A stretch of DNA of 41,961 bases from Candidatus Nitrosomarinus sp. (GTDB lineage: Archaea; Thermoproteota; Nitrososphaeria; Nitrososphaerales; Nitrosopumilaceae): NCBI GenBank assembly GCA_003702465.1, contig REGF01000002.1, forward strand, positions 8,598 to 50,558. The letters run 5' to 3'. Of this stretch, positions 9,575-18,030 are shown piece after piece. Every line of letters begins with the position of its first letter. The stretch's first letter is position 1. The translations under genes and the position numbers were made by a program. Under the pieces are notes generated by a model. That model was not told the DNA's origin. It saw only the letters and a list, made by a program, of their open reading frames with translations, and did no database searches.

Positions 9575-10409
9575 TAAATTTAATTAATTCTTCCAAATTC
9601 ACTTTTGCTTCGTTATCTGGAATTTTTCTCAAAAATGCTCTTGCTTTTTCAGAATATTCTTTTAACAAATCTTCCATTTTATTGAATCCATCTCTTGGAT
9701 CAACACTTTTCTTAATTAGTAAATTAAATAATTTTTCTTCATTTTTCCAATCTAGTAAATCATCTCTTATTTGATATGCAATTCCAAGATTTTTCCCATA
9801 TCCTGTTAATGCTTCAATTTGTTCTTCTGTTCCATTAGCTACAATTCCACCAATCCTTGCTGCAACTTCAAATGCAGTTGCAGTTTTGTATTCTATTACT
9901 TTCAAATAGTCATCAAATGTAATGTCTCCACTTTCTTCTAATCTACCTTCAATAATTTCTCCTTCACTCATTAACATTGCAGTTGTTGCTAAGTCTTTTG
10001 TAATTCTTGCATTATCTAATCTGGATGAAATTGCAAGAATTAATCCTAAAACAAAGTCTCCTGTCAAGACACTAGTATTGTAACCATATTTTACATGAAA
10101 TGGTTCCTTTTGTCTTCTCATAGTTTCATTGTCAATAATATCATCATGTATGATTGATTCCATATGCAAAAATTCTACTGCACAAGATGCTGCTAATACA
10201 TTTTCATCTATTTTTCCAATACTCTCAGCTGCTAAACTCAAAATTATTGGTCTGATTCTTTTTCCGCCTTCTAATGAATATTTTAAAGGCTCAATAAATT
10301 CAGATTCTGAATACAAAGCAAGCTCTTTTTCTAAAGCTTGATCAATTTTTTTGATATATTCCCCATATGTCTCTAGTAGAGGATTAATCTCGATATTTTT
10401 TCTGTCCAA
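9558..10409 (-). CDS. trans-polyprenyl diphosphate synthase (possibly medium-chain, e.g. hexaprenyl-PP)
   Basis: GGKRIRP, FARM HDDIID, RR, YKTA and SARM YQIRDDLLD; TTG start. Confidence 0.9.
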   Translation of the reverse strand: MDRKNIEINPLLETYGEYIKKIDQALEKELALYSESEFIEPLKYSLEGGKRIRPIILSLAAESIGKIDENVLAASCAVEFLHMESIIHDDIIDNETMRRQKEPFHVKYGYNTSVLTGDFVLGLILAISSRLDNARITKDLATTAMLMSEGEIIEGRLEESGDITFDDYLKVIEYKTATAFEVAARIGGIVANGTEEQIEALTGYGKNLGIAYQIRDDLLDWKNEEKLFNLLIKKSVDPRDGFNKMEDLLKEYSEKARAFLRKIPDNEAKVNLEELIKFTSFKA

Positions 10410-10449
10410 GATAATTGATCAAAAGCCCTCTTCATTAGTAATTAAATCT

Positions 10450-10528
10450 TGGTGCTCCAGCCGGGATTTGAACCCGGGATCACTGCCTTGAAAGGGCAGT
10501 ATGCTTGACCGGTCTACACCACTGGAAC
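10450..10528 (-). tRNA. tRNA-Glu (TTC), CCA encoded
   Basis: Reverse complement folds as a cloverleaf: acceptor GTTCCAG/CTGGAGC, anticodon arm CTGCC-CTTTCAA-GGCAG, T-loop TTCAAAT, 3' ACCA. Confidence 0.96.
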
Positions 10529-10609
10529 CCACGTAAATTTCTCTTTTAGATCATAAAATCTTTTGGTACACAACAAAGATTTTTGTACTGGCAAATTTAG
10601 ACAAGAATT

Positions 10610-11242
10610 ATGAACATAATTGAAAGAATTGATAAAATTATTGAAGAAAGAAGTCTTCTAAAACACCCATTTTACGAAATGTGGTCTGATGGAAAATTAA
10701 CTCAGGAATCTCTAGCAGGATATTCAAAAGAATATTTTCAACTTGTAAAAGCTGTTCCTGAATTTATGGCACCAATTATTGAAAAAGCTCCTAGTTCAGT
10801 AGTTTCTGAATTAGTTGATAACCAACAAGAAGAATCTGATCACATTAAACCCTGGATTAATTTTGCAGGAGAACTCGGAATCTCTGAAGATGAATTAATT
10901 CCATATTCTGGATTAGAAAAAACCAATAAAGCTGTATCAGATTTGGCTGAATTAATGAATACTTTTGATGGTGGTGCATGTGCAATGTATGCATTTGAAA
11001 AAGAAATTCCAAAAATCAGTCAAACAAAATTAGATGGACTATCTGAATTCTATCAAATCACAACTGATAAGGCAACAGAATACTTTAAACTCCATACAGA
11101 AGCTGATGTTAGACATGCAGCATCTTGGAGAAATATTATTGAAAAATCAAATGCTGATACAAGTGACTTAATTGAGATTGCTGAAAAATCAGTATCAGCA
11201 CAAAATCTGTTACTTGACAGTTGTTATGAGAAATACTGTTAA
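10610..11242 (+). CDS. CADD/PqqC/TenA heme-oxygenase-like diiron protein (candidate p-aminobenzoate synthase)
   Basis: HPFY..W..G.LT, EESDH, YAFE..IP.IS.TK and YF..H..AD.RH match the CADD pattern. Confidence 0.82.
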   Translation: MNIIERIDKIIEERSLLKHPFYEMWSDGKLTQESLAGYSKEYFQLVKAVPEFMAPIIEKAPSSVVSELVDNQQEESDHIKPWINFAGELGISEDELIPYSGLEKTNKAVSDLAELMNTFDGGACAMYAFEKEIPKISQTKLDGLSEFYQITTDKATEYFKLHTEADVRHAASWRNIIEKSNADTSDLIEIAEKSVSAQNLLLDSCYEKYC

Positions 11243-11283
11243 TCTCATAACATTTTATACCTCACAAAATTTTTGTTATTTTA

Positions 11284-11357
11284 GGGCCCGTAACTCAGCT
11301 TGGTAGAGTAACCGGCTCATAACCGGTGAGCCAAGGGATCGAAGCCCTTCGGGCCCA
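11284..11357 (+). tRNA. tRNA with CAT anticodon, probably tRNA-Ile2 (agmatidine-modified) rather than Met
   Basis: GGGCCCG/CGGGCCC acceptor (Ile-type in archaea); anticodon arm ACCGG-CTCATAA-CCGGT; T-arm AAGGG-ATCGAAG-CCCTT; no CCA. Confidence 0.9.
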
Positions 11358-11370
11358 TCTTTTCAATTAG

Positions 11371-11378
11371 TTTTAAAA
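11371..11378 (+). promoter_or_regulatory. Putative TATA box of the C/D sRNA
   Basis: TTTTAAAA starts 29 nt before the sRNA terminal stem, the same spacing seen for the tRNA promoters. Confidence 0.5.
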
Positions 11379-11399
11379 TAAGTTAATACAAAAATTACT

Positions 11400-11464
11400 G
11401 GCTGCAATGAAGAATCAGAGTTATATCTGAAATTGATGATTGGAAGGCATTTGTCTGAGCTGCC
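11400..11464 (+). ncRNA. Box C/D methylation-guide sRNA (double guide)
   Basis: C box ATGAAGA 11407-13; D' CTGA 11427-30; C' TTGATGA 11433-39; D CTGA 11455-58; terminal stem GGCTGC/GCTGCC (one T-T mismatch); guides of 13 and 15 nt. Confidence 0.85.
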
Positions 11465-11469
11465 TGAAT

Positions 11470-12075
11470 TTATTTACTAATTTGCTTTTTTACTTTGTCT
11501 AGTGTTTCTACATCAATCATTTTTTGTTCATGCAATATCTCTGCAATTTGTAAGATATTCAATATTGAATGCATTTTTACTCCGAGCTCTTCCAATGCTT
11601 CAGTTGCTCCTTCCATTCTATCTACAATTACATATGCATCTTTTACTGGAACATTTACTTCTGTTAATGATTTAATTGCATTAACAACTGAACCACCTGT
11701 AGTTGCAACATCATCTATCATAACAACTTTCATGTCATCATGAATTTTTCCTTCAACTGATTTTGAAGTTCCATAATCTTTTGGTTTGCTTCTTACATAG
11801 ATTAGTGGTTTTACTGTTTCAATTGCCAACGCTGAAGCAATTACTAATCCCCCTGTTGGTACAGAAACAATACTTTCAAAATTATCTAATCCTATATCTT
11901 CAGTAATTTGATTTTCTAGATATTTTATCATCATCCTAAATTCCTGAGGATAACTAGGAACTAATCTTAAATCAACATAATAAGAACTACTTTTTCCACT
12001 GGCTAGTGTAAAGTCTCCAAATTTAATTATCTCTTTTTGATGTAAAAAGGTCACAAATTCTTTCACAAAATCCAT
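11470..12075 (-). CDS. pyrE: Orotate phosphoribosyltransferase
   Basis: FTLASGKSSSYYVDLR, KDYGT and PRPP motif VMIDDVATTGGS; likely start MDFVK at 12075. Confidence 0.95.
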   Translation of the reverse strand: MDFVKEFVTFLHQKEIIKFGDFTLASGKSSSYYVDLRLVPSYPQEFRMMIKYLENQITEDIGLDNFESIVSVPTGGLVIASALAIETVKPLIYVRSKPKDYGTSKSVEGKIHDDMKVVMIDDVATTGGSVVNAIKSLTEVNVPVKDAYVIVDRMEGATEALEELGVKMHSILNILQIAEILHEQKMIDVETLDKVKKQISK

Positions 12076-12125
12076 ACCAAAATTCACTACATTGGATTTA
12101 TTTTGGTTTGTATTTAGTATCTATT

Positions 12126-13208
12126 ATGCCTGAAATTTGGTTAAATTATGGGATTACTGACGTAGTTTTGGATATAAAGGCAGAGAATTTAGAGCAAAAA
12201 ATTGATTCTGATGGCAAAATTCTAGATGATCAAGCAATTACTGAGAAACTCAATACTCTTGATTTATCGAAACCTATGGAATTGGTAGTTTTACATAATT
12301 CAAAATCTATTCTCAAAATAATTTCATCATTATTCACATTGTGTGAGCAAAAATCTAAACCATTTCCAAAAATTTTAACTGACAAAAAAATACTAAATTT
12401 AGTTAAATCGGGATTACCTGAGGGTAGTTCAATTAATGAATTTGATGATGTTGAAATCACAAATTCAAATCTTGTTTTTATGGGAGAGATGGGTTTTGAT
12501 GGTTTATTTGGATATGAAACAGTTGCAACTCGTCTGATCAAAAAATTTGGTGAAGAGTCAATGCTTTCAGCATATGCTAAGCGACAAGGAAATCTTCCAA
12601 CTCCTGGACAATATCCTGAAAGTTTAACTGAAGCAAAAAAATTTGCAGACAATTTTGAAATCCAGGCAATTGAAATCATTGCAAATTCTGAAGGGATAAT
12701 TGATTTTACAATAGGCCATCCTTCAAAAACACTTTCTACAACAAAAACTCTAGAATCAAATTCAATTAAAGATGTTGGTGAACATAAAACAATAATCATG
12801 AGTACTGGTAAGGATGCCAGTAATGATACATTGGGAAACTCATTGTCATCACTTTGGAATTGTTCAAATGCAATCAAAAAAGATGGATTGGCAATTTTGG
12901 TTGCTGAATGTAAAGGTGGTTTAGGTTCAGATGCTATTCAACAATATATTGAAGATAGACTATCACTTGAGCAATTAAGAAATCCAACAAAATATCTTAA
13001 TGGAATGGAAGATTTACTATTTCTTTCTGAAATTCAAAAGAATTTTCAAATTGGTTTAGTATCTATTTTACCTGAATTTTATGCAAAAAAACTCGATATG
13101 ATATCTTTACCGGGAATTAAATATTCTATGGACTATATTTTAAAAACACAAGGACCTAGACAGAAAGTTGCAGTTGTTACAGATGGTGCTAGGCTTTTTC
13201 TAAGGTAA
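12126..13208 (+). CDS. LarA/DUF2088-like protein, apparently degenerate
   Basis: C-terminal IKKDGLAILVAECKGGLGS resembles the LarA-family C-domain; catalytic His/Lys motifs not recognisable; likely start MPEIW. Confidence 0.6.
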   Translation: MPEIWLNYGITDVVLDIKAENLEQKIDSDGKILDDQAITEKLNTLDLSKPMELVVLHNSKSILKIISSLFTLCEQKSKPFPKILTDKKILNLVKSGLPEGSSINEFDDVEITNSNLVFMGEMGFDGLFGYETVATRLIKKFGEESMLSAYAKRQGNLPTPGQYPESLTEAKKFADNFEIQAIEIIANSEGIIDFTIGHPSKTLSTTKTLESNSIKDVGEHKTIIMSTGKDASNDTLGNSLSSLWNCSNAIKKDGLAILVAECKGGLGSDAIQQYIEDRLSLEQLRNPTKYLNGMEDLLFLSEIQKNFQIGLVSILPEFYAKKLDMISLPGIKYSMDYILKTQGPRQKVAVVTDGARLFLR

Positions 13209-14306
13209 AATTCCTGAAAATAACCCTGATGGGAGTGGTGCACATAAAATTGCTAATACTATAATTCCAATATATGCTAATTTTCTATTTTTTGTAAGAG
13301 GTGAAATATCATCAAGTGGTGTTGCACTTGGATTTTTCATTGACATCACTAAAATCAAAATTGCCATTAACCAATAATTTAACAAAACAAGAATCAACAT
13401 ACTTCCATATGTTGCATACCTGTGAATTTTTTGACCAACAAGAGTTCTTGCCATATGTCCACCATCAAGTTGCCATGCTGGAAGTAAATTCAAAAATGTG
13501 ATCAAAAATCCAATCCACGCTGCAAACATAACTGGTGTCATTATTACTTCATGACCTGGACCTCCTTTACCAAATGCTGCCAAGCTTGCAGTCATTAGTA
13601 GTGGTTCCCCTTGCTCCCATTCTACTAACACTTGTTCAGCAAAAAGTCCTTCAGCAATTTCTTGGTCTAATATTGGAGCAGTATATGCACCATATAGTGA
13701 GACAATTACGGCAATTGCTAATCCAGCAATTGGTCCTGCAATAGCTACATCAAATAGGATGTTTCGATTAATTGTTAATCCTTTAGATTGAATAAATGCA
13801 CCAAAAGTAGGGATTCCAACAATTGGTAGACCTGGAATAAAGTAAGGCCAACTCGTTTTTAATTTATGTGCTTTAGCTGCAATAATGTGACCTAGTTCAT
13901 GAGTTCCTAAAATTCCCAACAATGCAAGTGTATACACAATTGCCATTTCAAATGGCTCACCAATTTCGATAATGGAATTTGTTCCTGATGTTCTATAATA
14001 TCCGTCAACCATTACAAATCCAATAACAATTGCAAACAATATTCTTGGTGTCCATGTTGCATTAAGCCATTTTCTTTGTTTTTTCTTTGTAAATTTTTGA
14101 ACTTCAATACAAATATCCTCGTCTTTTTTTACTACTCTACAAACATAACTCATATTTTCTAAAGCTCTTGCTAAATCTTCAAATTTTGTTTGAAAATCTA
14201 AATTACTAATTTTAAATTGTAAAGTAAAGTCTGTTTTCGTAAATTCCTCAACATCAAAAATTGAATTAACTAATGAAATTACACCATCTTGAGAATCTTC
14301 AACCAT
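13200..14306 (-). CDS. Site-2 (M50) intramembrane metalloprotease
   Basis: HELGH, AIAGP and NLLPAWQLDGG motifs; multi-TM. Confidence 0.93.
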   Translation of the reverse strand: MVEDSQDGVISLVNSIFDVEEFTKTDFTLQFKISNLDFQTKFEDLARALENMSYVCRVVKKDEDICIEVQKFTKKKQRKWLNATWTPRILFAIVIGFVMVDGYYRTSGTNSIIEIGEPFEMAIVYTLALLGILGTHELGHIIAAKAHKLKTSWPYFIPGLPIVGIPTFGAFIQSKGLTINRNILFDVAIAGPIAGLAIAVIVSLYGAYTAPILDQEIAEGLFAEQVLVEWEQGEPLLMTASLAAFGKGGPGHEVIMTPVMFAAWIGFLITFLNLLPAWQLDGGHMARTLVGQKIHRYATYGSMLILVLLNYWLMAILILVMSMKNPSATPLDDISPLTKNRKLAYIGIIVLAILCAPLPSGLFSGILP

Positions 14307-14379
14307 CTATTTTTCTATACTTTATTCATTAATGATCTTTTTGTTTAAAATTAAATATTGATTGTTTTATCTTGTAATT

Positions 14380-14877
14380 GTGCAAGTGATTTTGAGACAA
14401 ATTGGTGATTGTAATATACGTAGGGCTGCCCAAAGCGATCTAATTTCTGTCATGGAAATTAATCTCAAAACTTTGCCTGAGCATTATTCTGATTATTTCT
14501 ATGAATCATTACTCCAAGAATTGCCTGAAGCATTTTTGGTTGCAGAAATAGATGGTAAAATCGTTGGATATGAAATGTGTAAAACTGAATTTGGTTTTTC
14601 AAATTTTAAAAAATTGGGTTTTGTAAAAAAAGGTCATGTCGTATCTATTGCAGTTTTAGATGAATATAGAAAAAAAGGAATTGGTAAAGCTCTTGTTGAA
14701 GAATCTGTAATTGGTGTAAAGAATAGGAATTGTGATGAATTCTACTTAGAAGTTAGATGTAGTAATACTGATGCTGTTCGTCTATATGAAAAACTTGGAT
14801 TTGTGATTAAACAAGAACTTAATGCATACTATCGTGATGGTGAATCTGCTTATTTGATGGCAGTTGAATTGAATTAA
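14380..14877 (+). CDS. Ard1/RimI-type N-alpha-acetyltransferase
   Basis: LPEHY, HVVSIAV, RKKGIG, LEVRCSN and YYRDGE motifs; likely GTG start at 14380. Confidence 0.9.
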   Translation: MQVILRQIGDCNIRRAAQSDLISVMEINLKTLPEHYSDYFYESLLQELPEAFLVAEIDGKIVGYEMCKTEFGFSNFKKLGFVKKGHVVSIAVLDEYRKKGIGKALVEESVIGVKNRNCDEFYLEVRCSNTDAVRLYEKLGFVIKQELNAYYRDGESAYLMAVELN

Positions 14878-14918
14878 TTATATTAAAACAATAAATACGT
14901 CCGAAAAAATTTTCCGAT

Positions 14919-15149
14919 ATGGACAAACGTAAGGGTATGGGCGTTCTAATCTTTGTTTTATGCATTGGTGGATTCTTCGTTTATGCATATTTGCTTATGT
15001 TGTCAGAATGGTCTCCAATTGTTTTACAGTTATCAGTATTGATGGCAGTTGGTGGTATTCTTGGAATTGTTGCTTGGATAGGATATGTGATGGCAACAAC
15101 AAAACCTACATCTGCTACGATAACGTCAGCTGATGATTCATCTACTTAG
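14919..15149 (+). CDS. Small 2-TM membrane protein of unknown function
   Basis: 76 aa with two hydrophobic helices and WIGY.MATT.P; fills the gap between genes. Confidence 0.75.
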   Translation: MDKRKGMGVLIFVLCIGGFFVYAYLLMLSEWSPIVLQLSVLMAVGGILGIVAWIGYVMATTKPTSATITSADDSST

Positions 15150-15978
15150 TAATTTTAACATCTACAACAGTTTGATAATATCTGGGACCTACTGGTCTTA
15201 CAATTTTTGAACCAAGAATTTCTGATTTAACTGGTGTGATTTTTTTATAATGCTCTTCAGTTAATTTTCCAGCTTCAGATTTTTTGTCAGCATGAATGTG
15301 AGAATAATAATGAATTATCCCGCCACTTTTTGTTGTGCTTATTGCAGAATCTAAAAATTCATCAGAACGTTCTGGCAATAACGTCAATGTTCTATCTGAT
15401 TTATCAATTAATTGTTCTTCAATAATTTTTGATGCGTCACCATTAATTGAAATCACTTGTCCTGCTAATTTGTTAATTGCAATATTTCTTTCACAAAGAT
15501 TTGATGCAACTGGATTCAAATCAAGACTATACACTGTACATTTTTTCTTTTTAGCAGCCATTATTGAAAACATTCCCACACCTGCAAACATGTTTGTGAT
15601 AACTTCTCCATCTTGAGTTAACTTGGCAATTCGTTCCCTCTCTGTTGATAGCCTTGGCGAGAAAAATGCATTTTCTACATCTACAATAAATCTACATCCA
15701 AACTCCTTGTATTCAGTTTCGGTATTATCTTCGCCAGCAAGGATTTCAAGATTTCTTGTTCTAAAATCTCCGTCTACTGCTGATGACTGATAAAATACAC
15801 TTTTTACAATTTTTACTTCATTTAGTAACGTTTCACCAATAATTTTTTTCTTTGATAATAATGAATCTGGAATTCTGACAATGATTATATTTCCTATTTG
15901 ATCAAATGCTGAAATTAATTCATTACTTTCTTGTAATGTTAAAACGCTTTCTAGTGCTTTTTTTAGCATTCGAGTCAA
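15142..15978 (-). CDS. Trm5/Taw2-family tRNA SAM-dependent transferase
   Basis: FDQIGNIII, FFSPRLSTERER, motif I MFAGVG, DLNP and GGIIHYY. Confidence 0.85.
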   Translation of the reverse strand: MTRMLKKALESVLTLQESNELISAFDQIGNIIIVRIPDSLLSKKKIIGETLLNEVKIVKSVFYQSSAVDGDFRTRNLEILAGEDNTETEYKEFGCRFIVDVENAFFSPRLSTERERIAKLTQDGEVITNMFAGVGMFSIMAAKKKKCTVYSLDLNPVASNLCERNIAINKLAGQVISINGDASKIIEEQLIDKSDRTLTLLPERSDEFLDSAISTTKSGGIIHYYSHIHADKKSEAGKLTEEHYKKITPVKSEILGSKIVRPVGPRYYQTVVDVKITK

Positions 15979-17762
15979 TGTTTGTAGTAAAAATTTCCTG
16001 ACGCCTTTTGATCTTTATCTAACCTACTTTCAATTTTATTTACTCTTGGTCTCAAACTTTTTTCATCCCTTCTAAACGACATGTCTAAGGATTTTAGAAA
16101 TCTGTTCATTGCTTCTGATTTTGGAAGTGGTGATGTGGCTCTACCTGCTTTTCCTGATTCACCTTCAAAAATAATCATTGAATCTGACATCAAATCCATT
16201 AATTGTAAATCGTGATCAATAATAATTGCTGATTTTCCAAATGAACGAACAAATTTCTGTAAGAATTTTGCAACGGCAATTCTATCTTCCACATCTAAAA
16301 ATGCTGAAGGTTCATCTAATGCATACAAATCTACTTTTTGAATTAGACATGATGCCACAGCAATTTTTTGAAGTTCTCCTCCAGAGAGATTTTTTACTGA
16401 TTTATTGTATAATTTTTTAATTTTTAATGGTTCTAGAATTTGTTCTTCCTCTTGACTTCCTTCAATTGGTCCTCCATTTGCTTTTTCTAAAAGTGCAATA
16501 ACTTCTACATCAATATCGTTTTGAAGATATTGTGGTTTGTATGCAATCTTGATCTTTTTATCTACTGAACCAACATCTGGTTTTTCAACACCTGCAATCA
16601 TTTTCATCATTGTTGTTTTTCCAAGAGCATTTGCACCCATTATGCCTAAAACTTCGCCTTTTCTTACTTTTCCAGGCTCAATTGATACTGAAAATGTATC
16701 AAATTTCTTTTCTAATTTTGGATAATCTACTATCTCTGTATCTTCTTGAAAAATATCTGTTGAAGAAGATGAGACATCCATAGAAAATTTCTTCTCTCTA
16801 AATCTAACGTTTTCATTTGGTAAGTATCCATCAAGAAAAACGTTGATTCCTATTTTGGTTGATAAAATATTTGAAACAATTCCGTATGCAGCTGGTTCAC
16901 CGTACAACACTTCAATATAATCACTAAGAAAATCTAATAATGTCAAATCATGTTCTACAACCATTACACTTTTTCCAATTTTTGCTAAACCTTGAATTAC
17001 TCTTGCAACTCCTGTTCTTTGAAATACATCGTTGTATGAAGATGGTTCATCAAAAAAGTAGAATTCTGTATCTTTTGATGCAGCAGCAGCTACCGCAATT
17101 CTTTGTAATTCTCCTCCACTAAGTTCTTTCAAACTTTGCTCCATTGAATTTTGTAATCCTAATTCTCTTACTAGTTCTCTTGTAATTCCCCTTTCATCAT
17201 ATTTATCAAGTAATTCATTTCCTGTTCCATCAAATGCTTCGGCAAGATGATGAATTTGTTGTGGTTTAATTGATGCACGAATTTGATTTTGTTCAATTTT
17301 TTGAAAGTGTTGTTTTAACTCTGTTCCACTATAATGTTTAAAAATTTCATCCCATTCTGGTGGATTTTCATATCTTCCAAGATTTGGTTTAAGTTTTCCT
17401 GAAAGAATGTTCACTACTGTACTTTTTCCCATTCCATTTCGGCCTAACAGACCAACCACTTCTCCTTTTCTTGGAGTTGGTAATTTGTATAATCTAAAAG
17501 AATTTGTTCCATATTGATGAATTTTATCGGTAGCTATTTCACTTGCTAAATTGACAATTGTTATTGCATCAAATGGACATACTTTGACACATATTCCACA
17601 TCCATTGCAAATATCTTCATCGATTTGCGCTTTTTTTGATTCTTCATGAATTGTCACACATTCTGCGCCTGATTTATTGACTGGACAATATTTTATGCAT
17701 TCTAATCCACATTTTTGAGGCTGACATAGATCTTGATCTAATACTGCTACTCTATGTGTCAT
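15975..17762 (-). CDS. rli: ABCE1/Rli1 ribosome-recycling ATPase
   Basis: N-terminal 2x[4Fe-4S] Cys motifs; two ABC domains (GRNGMGKS, GANALGKT, LSGGELQ twice). Confidence 0.97.
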   Translation of the reverse strand: MTHRVAVLDQDLCQPQKCGLECIKYCPVNKSGAECVTIHEESKKAQIDEDICNGCGICVKVCPFDAITIVNLASEIATDKIHQYGTNSFRLYKLPTPRKGEVVGLLGRNGMGKSTVVNILSGKLKPNLGRYENPPEWDEIFKHYSGTELKQHFQKIEQNQIRASIKPQQIHHLAEAFDGTGNELLDKYDERGITRELVRELGLQNSMEQSLKELSGGELQRIAVAAAASKDTEFYFFDEPSSYNDVFQRTGVARVIQGLAKIGKSVMVVEHDLTLLDFLSDYIEVLYGEPAAYGIVSNILSTKIGINVFLDGYLPNENVRFREKKFSMDVSSSSTDIFQEDTEIVDYPKLEKKFDTFSVSIEPGKVRKGEVLGIMGANALGKTTMMKMIAGVEKPDVGSVDKKIKIAYKPQYLQNDIDVEVIALLEKANGGPIEGSQEEEQILEPLKIKKLYNKSVKNLSGGELQKIAVASCLIQKVDLYALDEPSAFLDVEDRIAVAKFLQKFVRSFGKSAIIIDHDLQLMDLMSDSMIIFEGESGKAGRATSPLPKSEAMNRFLKSLDMSFRRDEKSLRPRVNKIESRLDKDQKASGNFYYKH

Positions 17763-17859
17763 AGTTGTAATTCGATATTTTCTTTGCTTTATACCTATTT
17801 TGAGTTGATTTCAAATCTGTCGTTACCTTAATACATTAGAATTATGGTATGATTTTCAA

Positions 17860-17972
17860 GCCGGCCATAGCGTCAGGGTGCGACCTAATCCCGTTCCGAA
17901 CTTAGAAGTCAAACCTGATGTCGCTGTTGTGCTACTAAGATGCGAGAGCTCTTGGGAAGCAACAGTGCTGGC
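17860..17972 (+). rRNA. rrf: 5S rRNA (stand-alone; ends approximate)
   Basis: GCCGGCCATAGCG...CCCGTTCCGAAC..AGAAGTCAA...GCTGGC; terminal helix GCCGGC/GCTGGC; GC-rich against an AT-rich background. Confidence 0.93.
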
Positions 17973-18030
17973 ATTTTCTAATTTTCAATCAATCTTTTAA
18001 TATCCACACTGTTGGATTGAATTGATTTCA

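Noticed and set aside
10555-10583. Inverted repeat AAAATCTTT-N11-AAAGATTTT
   Set aside because: Best explained as back-to-back BRE/TATA elements for tRNA-Glu and the CADD-like gene.
10610-11242. Calling this gene pqqC (PQQ synthesis)
   Set aside because: No other pqq genes are nearby, and the diiron ligand pattern fits CADD better.
12230-12877. 215-aa antisense ORF, and similar ones at 2128-2505, 18913-19440 and 29904-30245
   Set aside because: All lie inside well-supported genes on the opposite strand, with S/I/F-rich shadow composition and no motifs.
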